Origin: Chrysomallon squamiferum
Taxonomy: Eukaryota > Animalia > Mollusca
Length of the DNA stretch: 64,000 bases
Assembly: GCA_012295275.1 (NCBI GenBank)
Contig: CM022675.1
Span: 3,038,001 to 3,102,000, forward strand
Reading direction: 5' to 3'
The translations under genes were made by a program, and so were the position numbers. Below, one piece after another: positions 1-13,183 of this stretch. The notes below the pieces were generated by a model. It did no database searches. It saw only the letters and a program-made list of their open reading frames with translations, and was not told where the DNA came from. Within the stretch, counting starts at the first letter, position 1. Each line of letters starts with the position of its first letter.

Positions 1-877
1 TAGATCATTTATTAATCCATTCATTCATTCATTCATTCTGAAATATTTTGAAAATAAATTAAGTCAAATGTAAAATGTTAAAATTTACTTTTCAGATAAG
101 ACTAAACATATTACAAATATTTCTATTATTATTATTTGTGCCAAATTTGAAAATAATTTTGCTTTGACCAAACAATCTTCGTATACCTATCCTGTCTGGG
201 AAAATAAATATAAACAATCTGTTGATAGGGTAATTCTGGATACCTAACATAAATAGTTAAATTGTGTGTCCAGTACATGGCTTAAAACTTAACAGAACAA
301 GAAAACTGAGTTTTAAATATATTACGTACAGATATTAACACAAGACAAATACACAAAAAAAACAGTACAGCCTTTTGAGGACAGAACTATATTTCTATTA
401 ATAAATTACTTATTTTACACACAAACAAACATTTGTGTAGTGTTCAGAGTTACTCCTTTACAGTTTAATTACAGGTTCAGATCTTAAAAGACCATTCTAA
501 AATGAGTTTTCATTTACAAAATAAATAAATAGTTTCTATTTGACATTTAGTTTTGAGTTATTATTTTTGTTATTGACATTTACAAGCATCAGTTGTAACA
601 ATTTAACTTTTCATAGCAAATTATTACTTCATTAGTAAATGTTTTAAAGTAAATTGACACAGATTCACCTATCACTATAATAATATAAATATAATTCATT
701 GATATGTACTTCACACTGGTAGACATTTTAGAGATGGCTGGATTACATGTGTGATTTTATTGACTGATGCTGCTTTGTGATTTTAGCCTTACTCAGCTAT
801 TTATGTATTGTTGATTTATAATTGTTCTTTTGTAGTCAGAATTGTTTTCATGTTGCTTGACTGTTTATATTTTACAG

Positions 878-1696
878 GTTTCACTTTCCACACTTCCACT
901 CTGACTGACAAATTTACAACTCAGACAGGTTTGTGAATCTGAAATAATGTTGTTTGTTTGCTTGTTTCTTTATTTATTTGCTAGTTTATTATTAATTTAT
1001 TTGTTTATTTGTTTGTGTATTTATTAGTCTTTTTGTTGGTTTGTCTGTCTGTTTTTATTTATTTATTTGATGTTTATGTGGCTTTTTATTAAACAACAAC
1101 ATTAACTACATATATATATATATAAATTGTTAGACAGTAAAAGCAGTTTTTGTCTTGTTTATGTTCAAAACTTTTGTTTTACGTGTTTTATAGATTTTTC
1201 ATCAACTCAACTTCTGATCACCTCCGAAACAACAGTTAATTCAGGTAAAATGTAAATAATCTGAATATCTATGTGATAAAATTTGGGTTGATAATTTCGC
1301 AATTAATTAATTAATTTTTATAATTATTTTTAATATTTGTTTATTTGTTTGTTTATTTTTTTGTTTGTTTGTTTATTGATTTATTTTTATTGTTTTTATT
1401 TCATTTATTGTTTTTTTACCAGTAGATATTTTTCAGATTATAAGATAATTTTTTTCTTTGATGTAAATTAGATATAACCATTTTGTTACAGATCAAAGTC
1501 CAACTGGAAGCACAAAAAAGGTTTTAAGTAAAACAAAATCATCAAAATCAGGTAACTTTGTGAATGTATCATTGTTACATTTAATGTTATTATTTCATGG
1601 TGAAAATTAAAAAAAATTATATATCATTATATGTATGTATAAATAGTTAACATGACCAATACTTATGTATACAAACACTCTACTTACACACAGACA

Positions 1697-1739
<43 letters not shown>

Positions 1740-2568
1740 TAAACAGAGCTTGTATAGAAGTATTTCTCATTATAACCAGTGAATACAAAAATCACAAATT
1801 GTTTATCAAAAATGTCTGTAGTGTTCACTTTTTTTTCCTTGGAAACATGGAGGTTAGCAAACATTTGTTATTAATGGATAATACTTGATTTTATTTTTGA
1901 TGCATTTTATAAATTTATATTTATGCAGATGTTGCTGTTGGTGTTTCAGTAACTGTGGTTATACTTTTAGTAGCATGTGCAATTGTTGCTCTTGTTTATA
2001 TGAAGAGGTAAATACAGTTACCATACTTGATAGATAACTTGAGATAACTCTTTATATTTATGTAATAATGTTTCATTTTATAATTTATTTAATATATATA
2101 ACAAACAAACAAATACTAATAATAATAATAGTAATAGTAGTAGTAGTAATAACATTATTAATAATAACAATAACAATAATAAAATTAATTATTATTATCA
2201 GCATTACTGTTATTATTATTGATTGTATTATCTTTTTAATTGTTATTTTATTTTGCTTATTTCATTTTAATTGATTGCTGTTTCTTAAAAATAAATATTA
2301 AACATTTTTATTTTGGTTTCTAAATCAGTTTTTTTCTTATTGCAGGAAAAATACGTTTTGCTTTCAACAAAATTCTGCAGACATCATTCACAACAACAGC
2401 AACAACTCAGACACTACGACAACAGTAACAGAAACTGAGAACAGTGCAATCACTGACTCAAATTATGAGCGACTCAACACAACTCAAAGTTCTCAAAATG
2501 AGTACATGAACATGCCACGTGAAACAGAACATGTTTACTGTGTAATGCACTCAAAAGCTGAAGATTAA
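878..2568 (+). CDS. Gene A: 3' part of a short-tail CTLD/WSC receptor (5' exons lie left of the window)
   Basis: AG/GT-bounded exons: stalk 878-928, 1194-1244 and 1492-1551 (Ser/Thr-rich); TM 1929-2007 (DVAVGVSVTVVILLVACAIVALVYMKR); tail 2346-2568 (...DSNYERLNTTQSSQNEYMNMPRETEHVYCVMHSKAED*). They splice in frame and are collinear with genes D, F and H. AATAAA follows the stop. Confidence 0.85.
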
Positions 2569-3490
2569 AACAAATAAACTTTGACTGAGTGAAACACTCG
2601 ATCTGCTAGTTAAAATAAAACTTTTACACAAGTACTGCATAGTCTGCACTAACATTTTTATTTTTTATTTATTTTACTATCATATTCAGGAAAATACTAA
2701 AATACAGATTAATCAGATTAACTTAATATTTATAATATCATAATAAAAATAATAAGAATAACAGCTGACTTTAATTTGACACAAACACATATCCGTCTGC
2801 TCTATCTACATTTCTGTCTAATTCTACAATGTACACATAATATAATATATACCTGTAGGGGCTGATAGCTGATAAATATTTCACATACTTATTAAATGCA
2901 AACTACTAATTATTCACAAAAATACAAAACACACAACTACTCTTCACAGTCAAAATTTACATCAGAAACATCAAGTGTAATAATGATCTGTTCTCTCGGT
3001 GAGACTTATTTTACTAATTCCAGTTCCAACTGCTGATCTTGACTTGTTTACTAGTATTTAAGATTGTTGTAAAATGATTGTTTATTAATGTCAGTACTGA
3101 ACAGTCTTTACTTCCCTTATGATAAAAATATTTAGAGAAATGGAGAAGTGTATTTAAAAATTTAGAAATTAAAGCAACAATAATGAATGTGTATGTGTGT
3201 AAATGAAAGATAGTAAAACACAGACGTAAATTTTTGTCAAAGTTGTGTAATTCAGAGCTGCTCACACAAAATATTTCCTGTTCCAGTCAATACCAGTGAC
3301 TGGTTTTCCTGTTTATGAGAGGGTATATATTTTGATAATAATAAACAAGAATAGTCCATGCTGTGGTTTTGTCTCCGTACTTTTATGATTCTTAACATAT
3401 CACTTGTAATTCTATATTACAAATTCATACAACATCTCTTCTTCCTATGATATCAAGAAATCACAAAAGAACACAGAATTATTAATATAA

Positions 3491-6400
3491 TCAGCCTCTC
3501 ACAGAATCAAGGTGGTTATAATCATCACTGGTGTAGTCAGCATTTTTCAGATCCATGTCAGCGATGTTGTAGTCATCTTCAGTCACAGCAGTGATGTGGT
3601 TGTACGTCTCATCATGAGAAGATGTTGACTTTGGTGTTTTTGTATCGTAATCACCTTCCATGATATCTCTGATGTGGTTGTATGTTTTGTCATGAGCATA
3701 CATGGACTTTGGTTTTGATTCAGTTGTATCATAATCACCTTCAACGTTGCTCTCTGTGTGCTTGTAGTTGCTATTGTGATTGTCAACGATGTATGACCTA
3801 GATGTTTTGTTTTTCATCTTCATGTTTATATGACTGTAGACATTAGAACTTGATTTAACTTGATTGCTGTCATTTAGGACGTTGTAGTCATCATCAATGT
3901 CGTTGTTGTAGCTGTTGTTTGTTTGAACATTTGCTGCATTCAAATCAGTTGCCAGTTCATAGTCACTGGAGTTAGACTTGGTTGCCATGGTAACATTTGT
4001 TAAAGTTTCAACCTCATAATGTGAATCAGTGTCTGGTTTGATCTCATCGTAATCTGACAAGTTTTGCTGATTCACAGATCTGATTTGTCTAGTGATGCTG
4101 CTTTCTGGTTTAGTCTAGAAAAAAAATTTATGTGATCTGAAGAGAAAAAAAACAACAACAAAATAATTAAACAGAAATAAATAAATAGACAAATAAATAA
4201 TTAAACGAATAAACAAACAAACAATCAAATATGTAAACAACAAACAAATGAATATAATAAACAAATAAACAGAAATAAGCAAACAAATAAATAAACAAAA
4301 AACAAACAAATAAACAAAATGTATTGCATGTAGAAACATTTGAGTTTACAAAAAAAATTAATTAATAAGCTTGAAAAGTAGAAAACATAAAAGATTTTAT
4401 ATTTACCTTCTCATCCAAACTCACAACAACAGCTCCAACTACGAGTAGAAACACCCACAGCAACACCTACTTAAATAAATAAATAAATAAAATATAAATG
4501 AATAAATGTTCTGACAGAATACTAATAATTATACATAGTTTATTGAATATAATTATCTTAAATTAGTTTTGGTTAAGATTAGTATTATACAGTTACATTT
4601 TACAGAAAGTATTTTTCATTTTGTATGACATTTCTTTCTTTTTATTTTTTCACAGAGGTGAATAAAATATATTTTATTTTGTTTCTTAATAAATTTTTGT
4701 ACAAGTATACTAATTAAAGAAAATAAATAAATATTAAAAACTGAAATAGTCATTTGTTTTAAATTTGTACCTGTTTCATCTTTTTTATCTACAATAATAA
4801 CAATAACTACAACAGTAATAACACCAACAAGAAAAATACAGCGACAACAACAACAGTATTAACAACACTAATAATAATGTTAAAAATAACAACAACAAGA
4901 CAACACAAATAATAATAGCAGTAGTAGCAGTGGTGGTAATAAATGATAATAATAATAACAACAACAATAGCAATAACCTAAAAATGTCATAATAAAAACA
5001 ACAATATTAAAATAGTGTTTTTTACTTGTAGTACTGAAACAACAACAGCAACAACTACTATTAATAAAAGAACTTCTACAGTTCTGCTATTATTAATTTC
5101 TATACAATAATAAATAATACCTAATATTTTATTATTTTGTAAGAATTCTGTTACATCAAGTATGTATACATGTTATTTTAAAATGTTACGGTATTTCATT
5201 TAATGTTTTTTATTTTTTGTTTTTTATTTATTTATATATTTTTAGTAGGTTTGGAGAGTTATTTATTTGTTTGTTTGTAAATTTAAAGAAATTATTAATT
5301 AAGTATTTATGAAGGATAATAATTATTTTACTTGTTATGAAAGCGAACGGAGTTGTCTCCCTTCCAGACTTTACCGACGCAGACGACTCGAAAACAGTTT
5401 TCTCGTCTTTAGAAGCTGGTGTTTTGGTACTTGCAACTAACAAATTTGAATGAGATAAACTCGTATGTTTTAAGAAATTTGACGCACGTTTTCTGAACAG
5501 ATATTAATTAAAGATCATCACTCGAATATGCCATTTTATTATCAGAATATTTTAATATTACATAATGTTATTACTTTAGAAGTACTCAGGAGAAGAAAAC
5601 AGCAAACCTGTCTATCTTTACATCTCTAATGTGTAACTATATGTATGTGTTCGTGTATGTATGTGTTCATGTATATATGTATGTATGTATGTATGTATCT
5701 ATCTATATGTCTATGTATTTGTCTATCTGTCCATTGATACATTTTTTATATATATAAATTTCTTAATATCAAAAGATTAAAAATATATTAGTATTGATAT
5801 CTGGACTTGGTAGATTAAATGTTCGAAAATTCGAATCTGTAATATATGAAAAATTATAATTACTAAAAACACATTTTAAAATATTAATATCCTGTAAGTG
5901 ATGATAAAAAATAATCGGTGTTATCAGATAAACAAAATAGGGTAACAAGATCAGATTTCATATACTGGATGCTTAGCAGTTCTCTGAACATTTTATTTTA
6001 CTCCTTAATAGTATGCTTCAAAACAATCTGTGAATAAATAATTAAATAAATAAATTAATTAATGATACTTACTACTAATACAAATGGCGGAGTGGACATC
6101 ACTACAGTTACTAATTGAAAATGCAGTTTTGCCGTTTGAGAATTTTTCTAACAACAGGCAGCCATTTTGTGTAATGTTTATATTCAGTGTCATATATTCT
6201 GAAATAACATTATCTTTTTATTAAATTATATAGCTGAAAAGCGTATTGGTATAGTTCCTAAGAATAAACAAATAAAAACATCAAGTTAATAATAATAATA
6301 ATAGATAATAGATAATAGATCATTATAATAACAGAAATAACAAAATAAATAAATAAATAAATACGTAAATCAAATCAGAATGGACGAAATCAATGTAAAT

Positions 6401-9076
6401 TAGAAAAGAGAACATAAATAAAAATTGAAAACTGTTTTTAATTACTCACTGTAAAACTGTCAAATCAAACTATTTGTTTGTAACGTTTTAGTCCAATCCA
6501 GTACTGTACTCCACCCCATATGTTTTCTCTAATTAATTCAGCATTGTTACTGTTTAGTTTTGTTAATGAACAAGCTGAGTTAGCTGAAAACCAGCTGTGA
6601 GTTTTGTCATGATGATAACACGAAGTATTGTTGTAATTTCCAGTACCTGTCGAAAACAAATAATATCAAGGTAGTTTGGTGAAATAAAAATCAACAATAT
6701 AGACATGAAGTGATTATCTTCGTATATAAATTTGTGTTGCTAATAAAACATTTTATTGACGATTAAAGACATTCACCACACACATTTCGAGAAACGGCTA
6801 GAAAAAAAAATTAGAACAGCAAAGTAAAGAAAATCCCCAAAACCCAGAACATCAGCAACAACAGGTCCACTATTTTTACAGCTGTGAACTTTACAACTTA
6901 TGAAAATAACATTCTAAGAGAAATATTAACTCACAGTTACAGACAAATCCTCTCTGTCTGTTACAGTTTTTGTCTGTTTTCACAAAAGTATTTACACTTT
7001 GTTCTTCAATGTAACCACAAATACCATCAATATCAGGTGACCATGTAACATAATTGAATGTCAGATCTGTAAATAAATAGATAAAATAAGTAAACAAACA
7101 ACAAAGTATGTAATAAAGATAATAAATAAAGGAAATGAAATTGAATAAGAAAATATAACAAATTTAATTTAAAATATTTTAATTAAATTCACATGACAAC
7201 ATATTTAAAAATCTGGAATACCGAAATACTATGGCAACTGGATCGTCGTCAAATTTTAACCAGTCATTAAGTAAACCCAAATAAATAAATAAATAAATAC
7301 CATCTATATTAGAGAAACAGATAAGTGCAAAAAAGACTACAGTCGTAAACAAGATTTTACCTGTTTTATAAATACTCATTGTGTTTTCAGTCCCACAGTT
7401 TTCATCGGGGTTTCCTTGACAACCAGTCTTATTTTGTCTTTGAACAGATCCATCTGAAACTTTATTCGAGCTTCTCGAGTTAAAACAGTAACATTTCTCT
7501 CCCTGCAATACAAACATTTAAAAAAATAAATGTAACACGTGTTAAAAATACATTTTTTACCACTTTCACATCAACTGATTCTGTCTCCCTTTCCAAACTT
7601 AACAAAAATGCATTTAATGTTACTTACTAACCTGCAATCCCACATATATTACACCTGCAGAAGTTTTCTTTTGTTGACATTCGTAGTAACATCGGCTTGC
7701 CTGGTTGTTGTATTTGAGTTGATAAAAGTGTTCAGACTGTGATTCATTCACTTCTCCAATATAATTAAACAAAGGTGTATTGTCCACTGTAATCCAAACT
7801 TAATTTGTTTAATACAATTGATTTTAAAAATAATATATATATATATATAGAATATGTTTTTAATATAACATTTAGTCTGAAAGACATGTACACACAGATA
7901 CAGAGGAAAACACACACATACACAGATCATTTCACTCAGATGGAGTTTCTTATTTTGCTAGAGATTTACAAAACAAATGTTGTGATAGCTCCCCAAGTAT
8001 TCAGAAGTTTTGATGGTTGATTTAATTTGGGCATTATCCCTCTCAAACTGTGGTTCTTTAATTTCCTAGGGCTGTTTGAAGAGAAGAGTGTATAAAAGAA
8101 TTTGATTATTCATAGTCTTTTGCTCCTCTGATTAGTAACTGTTATGTGTCTATAGCAAAAAAAACATTTTGTAACCCCTCCCTTCAACCAACTCTAGCAA
8201 ATTAGTGATACCAGTTTGAGAGTATTATTGGTATTACAACAGTCTTGCAATGATGTCTAAACTAAATCTACCATCAAACTTTCTGACTACTCGGGATACT
8301 ACGAAATCGATTTCTACGCCTCTTTTAAAAATCATCTCCCAGACTATTAGAACCATATGTATATTATACACTATACTGATATTCAACAAACAAAACAACA
8401 ACAACAATAATAACAACAACAGCAAAACAACAACAACAATAACAATAATAATAAATAATCCAGACTTATATAATACAATCATTGTAAAAATTTTAAAACT
8501 GGACAAAAAAGAAAAACAAAGACACATAAATAATAATATTTGTGCAATAAAAATCAGTTGTCGTAAATACAATGTTAATGTCTTAACTAGTCGTTCCTGT
8601 TGTTATGGACTTGACTAGATGCTATCTATGCGGCTGTTAACAGGAAAGAAAAAAATAAATGTGTACATGTCTGATACAATTTTTTGTTGTTTTCATTATA
8701 TAGCATGTAGCCATTATAAATTCACAGTAAGCAACATTAGCAAATATATCGATTATATACAATTTACAAATCAACTTGTTCAACATTACACAGAAATACA
8801 AATTTAATATAACTGAATATTCGCAGTAGTCACAGCTTTTGGTCTGCTTATTTCTTAAAGTTTGATGATCGTAACTTCACAGTAAAACAGATTAATAATT
8901 TATTTCACCTGTCCACATCCACGAACTGTACTGAACTTTAGCTCCAATCCAGTAAGATCCAGCTGTGACGTCACTCAGTGATGTAATATCTGACGTACTG
9001 TACAGTTGTTCTCCATGTTGATGACATGTATAAAACGCTATGTCCCATGTGACATCATTTAATATACGCAGAGTAG
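3491..9076 (-). pseudogene. Gene B: long-tail CTLD/WSC receptor pseudogene
   Basis: Exons: 9076-8909 (CTLD1-N); 7786-7632 and 7502-7361 (WSC); 7066-6935 (CTLD1-C); 6646-6450 (CTLD2-N, with TGG>TGA at 6465-6467 and a 1-nt deletion); 6198-6073; 5436-5332 (stalk); 4466-4407 (TM, with 14-nt and 2-nt deletions giving a frameshift and TGA); tail ~4136-3491 with AAG>TAG at 4115-4117. The signal-peptide exon is missing relative to gene I. Confidence 0.85.
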
Positions 9077-9127
9077 CTGTAATAAAACAGAATATATTTA
9101 TTTACAAAATAAAGAGTATAATTAACA

Positions 9128-9294
<167 letters not shown>

Positions 9295-9507
9295 CAATGG
9301 CAAAATGATTTAAGCACTTCAAAAACTCTAGTAATACAAAAAAATTAGTTATACGTAAATGATTAATAATAAAATATTTTAATACCGAAGTAGCTAGTAC
9401 TCGTTTGAAAGATTACTTTAGACTTTGTACATTAATAAATCATCATGTGAGACAGAGTGTGTGCTATCCTAGACAGATAATAGCTTAGATAAACTTCAAA
9501 TAAACAG

Positions 9508-9875
9508 CGTCATACAAATGACTAAAGTGTTGATTTCTGACTGTGGAATATTGTTCCAGTCCTGAATGAGCGCTTGACGAAGTTCGTTGATGTTAGGCGG
9601 TGGGTTGGGACGACGCCTCAGTCGTCTGTCCAGGCTTTCCCAGACAAGCTCGATGTGGCAGTCATGAATGCAGTCAGTGTTATTGTTTGTGTGCCCAGTT
9701 AAAAGGCATCCGACGTAAGGACGTGTCCTTGTAAAGCGTCCATGTAACTCAACAAATGATAACACAGCTCAAGGCTAATACTACCTACATAACTTCATTA
9801 CACAATGAATTCTTAAACAAAACAAATATTATATGTACAGATCGGAAATGTCTTCTTTTTTTCTTCAGCATATAT
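9508..9875 (-). mobile_element. Tc1/mariner remnant: C-terminal transposase fragment plus a probable TIR
   Basis: ORF 9496-9765 contains IELVWESLDRRLRRRPNPPPNINELRQALIQDWNNIPQSEINTLV, typical of the Tc1 transposase C-terminus. A TIR-like end (...tcttcagcatata) lies near 9860-9875. Confidence 0.75.
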
Positions 9876-12800
9876 ACATAAATTCATACACGAATGCACA
9901 CATACATATACGATAGATTTTCAAGGGCAGATAATCGAAATTGAACTATTAAACAAAATGATATAGATAAGGTTACAGTCTAGTGTGTTTACTGCTATTT
10001 GGTTGGACCACTAAAACAACAATACTTATGGTTTGATAGTACTACTGATATGTATGTCTTTATTGCAGTTATTATACTGAAGAGTTCCAGATTAGATGGA
10101 AACCAATTACTGTTGTGTTTAAACAATTAAATGTCTCCACCTAAAACTGCACATAATATTACAATGCATCCATTTCATTTCAGATGAAACCAATTAATTT
10201 TAGTAAAATTATAATGTGTAATGTTAAACAGAAATAATTAATTACCCATTACGATAATATCAGTAAAATAAAAATAAAATAATAATCAAATCTAATAATA
10301 ACCATATATGTAAGTATGTTTCATTCATAGTATTTTATTTTATAGTAAAAATTCAGTTTTAGAATAAAGATGTACTATAGTGATAACTAAATATATGTAT
10401 GTGTTTGTTGAACATTTATAAATATTAAATTGCGAGTTTATCATCAGATATATAATAATTAAAAAGAGATTACCTCACTTAGGACACAATTAACAGAGCA
10501 AAATACAGTAATCAGTTTATGTTTTTAAATGTGTTTAAAATTTGAGTTACTGAATGAAAATAATTCACAGCTGAACTTTAATAAATAGGCAGTTTAGTCT
10601 TCAAAATTTTAAATAACATCCTCATTTCATGATACCCTGATACATGTATAAAATAACTTATAGATTTATATAATCCTGTCACTCAACACAAAGGAGATGA
10701 GCAAAGAAAAACAAAGTTTGTTGTCTTTCAAAAGTCTTGTACTGAACACATTTCATTAACTGACAAAATGTTAGTTCAGACATTCTTTTCTCTTTAGAGG
10801 GTCTCATTGTACTGAACTCAGATGTCAACAGATTTTATAGCTGCATCTTACATCAGCTCAAGTGTTGTATCTTCTACATCTTATGATTAGGACGTTTAGG
10901 AAGAGAAATTTTCCTCCAACTGCAAGAAAGTAGATGATTCCTGGTTGTTCTCTCAGTCATGATGTTTTCATTACATTCTAATTGAAAAAAACTATCATGT
11001 AATATATATTGAGAATATTTTTTTCTTATTTCTTGAAAAAGATAATTATTAAAGCTAAATATCTTATTATTTTTGAATTTTGGAGATACTAACAATTCCA
11101 TGTTAAGAGTAAAGATATTTCACCGCTTTAAATAATGACTTTTTAAAAATTAATATTTGCTATTCTGTAACAAGTGTCTGGCCAGTTGGAACCTATTTTT
11201 CCTGAGGAAATCTTCATAAAACAATTACTATAATAATGATATTTAAAAAACAGAAATTGGGATATTTAGTCGTAAAATCTCCATAATACTAAGATTTTAC
11301 AAATATTAAACAGACAATATTTCTACTCTTGTTAGCAATAGTGTTAATAAATGATAGTGTTTTATTTGAATTTGTTTTCTTTCCAATATTTAAAAAAAGA
11401 AGAAAACAAAAGGAAGAAAAAAAGGGTTTATTTAATAGAATATCATTTGTTTTCATTATTGTTGAAGCTGATATTTTTACATTCACAAATAAAACATTTC
11501 TGAGTTGTTCTGTAGGCAGGTGTTTTACTAGACATTGATGATATTACTTTGTCACTGGACTAATCCACTTACACAGTTGTTCTTCCTGTGTCTGTGACAG
11601 CTGTAAATATTTAACTGTTTTCTTTATTCAAATTCAAATGCTGAAACATTTTAACAATGAAAATGGATAATATGATAGCAAATTATAATTATAATTATTA
11701 TTATTGTTGTTGTTGTTACTGTTGTTGTTATTATTATTCTTTCTTAATTTTTATTATTTTTCTTCTACTGCTTCACAATATTTTGTGATAATTTTAAAAT
11801 TTTAAATATATATTATGCACAATTTATTCTGCTTGGAAGGGCAGCTAACTCTTCTGATGTTTTTTGTTTATTTTAATCTTTCTTTGTAAGTGTTGTGTAA
11901 AGAGTTTACTCAGGGAATTGTTAATATTGTTTTTGTCTGATTTTCAATTCATGTTGTTCTAAGTATGTTGTCAAAAGAATTTCATTGCTGTACATGTATT
12001 AACGTAACCAATTTTTTGTAACCAAATATTTTATTTATTTCTACAATCATCATATGAAACGTGTTAAAATGGTGTATTAACATAACCAATATTTTGTATT
12101 CAAATATTTTTAATATCGCCAAGGATTTTATTTATTTCTGCATCAATAATTTTGTAACTATTGAAATGGTGTATAAACATAGCCAATAGTTTTAACCAAA
12201 TATTTTTCACGTCAGCAAATATTCCATATATTTCGTCAGTCATAATATATAATAAATTATGCCATGCAATTTCAGCAAGTTTAGTATGAAATAAGCTTGT
12301 GTTCTTTGCAAAGTTTGATGGTTAAATATATTATGGTAAGCAATTTTAGCAACATTAATATTCAAAGGATTGTTATTAAAAAATATAAAACAAAATATTT
12401 CTTGAAAAAATATTTTATTCGTAATATAAAAATATGTAATCATTTTATTAAAGTAACAGTATAAAAAGAAGGGCTTAGAATCAGTTTGGTCTAAAACACA
12501 GAACTTAATTTTTGAGATGATTGATATTGAAGTTGTCAAAGTGTATAAAGTTAAAATAATACAAAATTGTTAATCGATTGAGTTACAAATGATTGTCAAA
12601 AGTTAGAAACTTTACACAGTTCTGACAGTATCTTAATTTATCAGAATCTGATATTATATAATATTTTCTATTGTTTTTAGTTTTAAAATAAAAATGTTTG
12701 GTATTAGACTTCTCTGATTCTTTACCTTTCATTAATTGTAATAACTTTCTATTTAATAATATTGTGACTCTTTTATAAAATGGATATAAATTCATAATAG

Positions 12801-13183
12801 AAATTATATACAAAGCAGCCAGAGACATATTGGCTATGGTTTATATTTTCAAATCATTTTGTTAACTTGGCTGATGTGTATATGAGAATTGTGAGGGTAA
12901 ATTTGATATAAACAACAATAATTTTATGCCAGTTATATACACCAGGTCTACCTATATGCAGTATAAAATAGCCAGTAGCCTGTCCTGTCTATGAGAGGGT
13001 GCACATCTTGTTAATAACAAAAACAGTAGTCCATGCTCTGATAACATGAGTTTTCCTCTTCTTTTTTCTATGATCCTTCACCACTTCTATGTCACCATGT
13101 AATCATATATTACAAATTAATACAACATTTATTCTTCCTATGATATCAAGAAATGACAAATGAACACTGAATTATTAACATAA

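Noticed and set aside
2068-2274. Hydrophobic TM-like ORFs, also at 4115, 4785, 14501 and 24365
   Set aside because: They are intronic (AAT)n/(TTTA)n low-complexity sequence. The true TM exons are identified by splice sites and conservation across copies.
3583-3786. Overlapping alternative-frame and antisense ORFs on the long-tail exons, also at 13205, 13276, 47789 and 56512
   Set aside because: They are shadows of the repetitive coding exon, conserved only because the exon is duplicated.
6465-6467. In-frame TGA in gene B as possible selenocysteine, given the nearby SELENOO
   Set aside because: It replaces a conserved Trp in a copy with many other lesions, and I saw no SECIS evidence.
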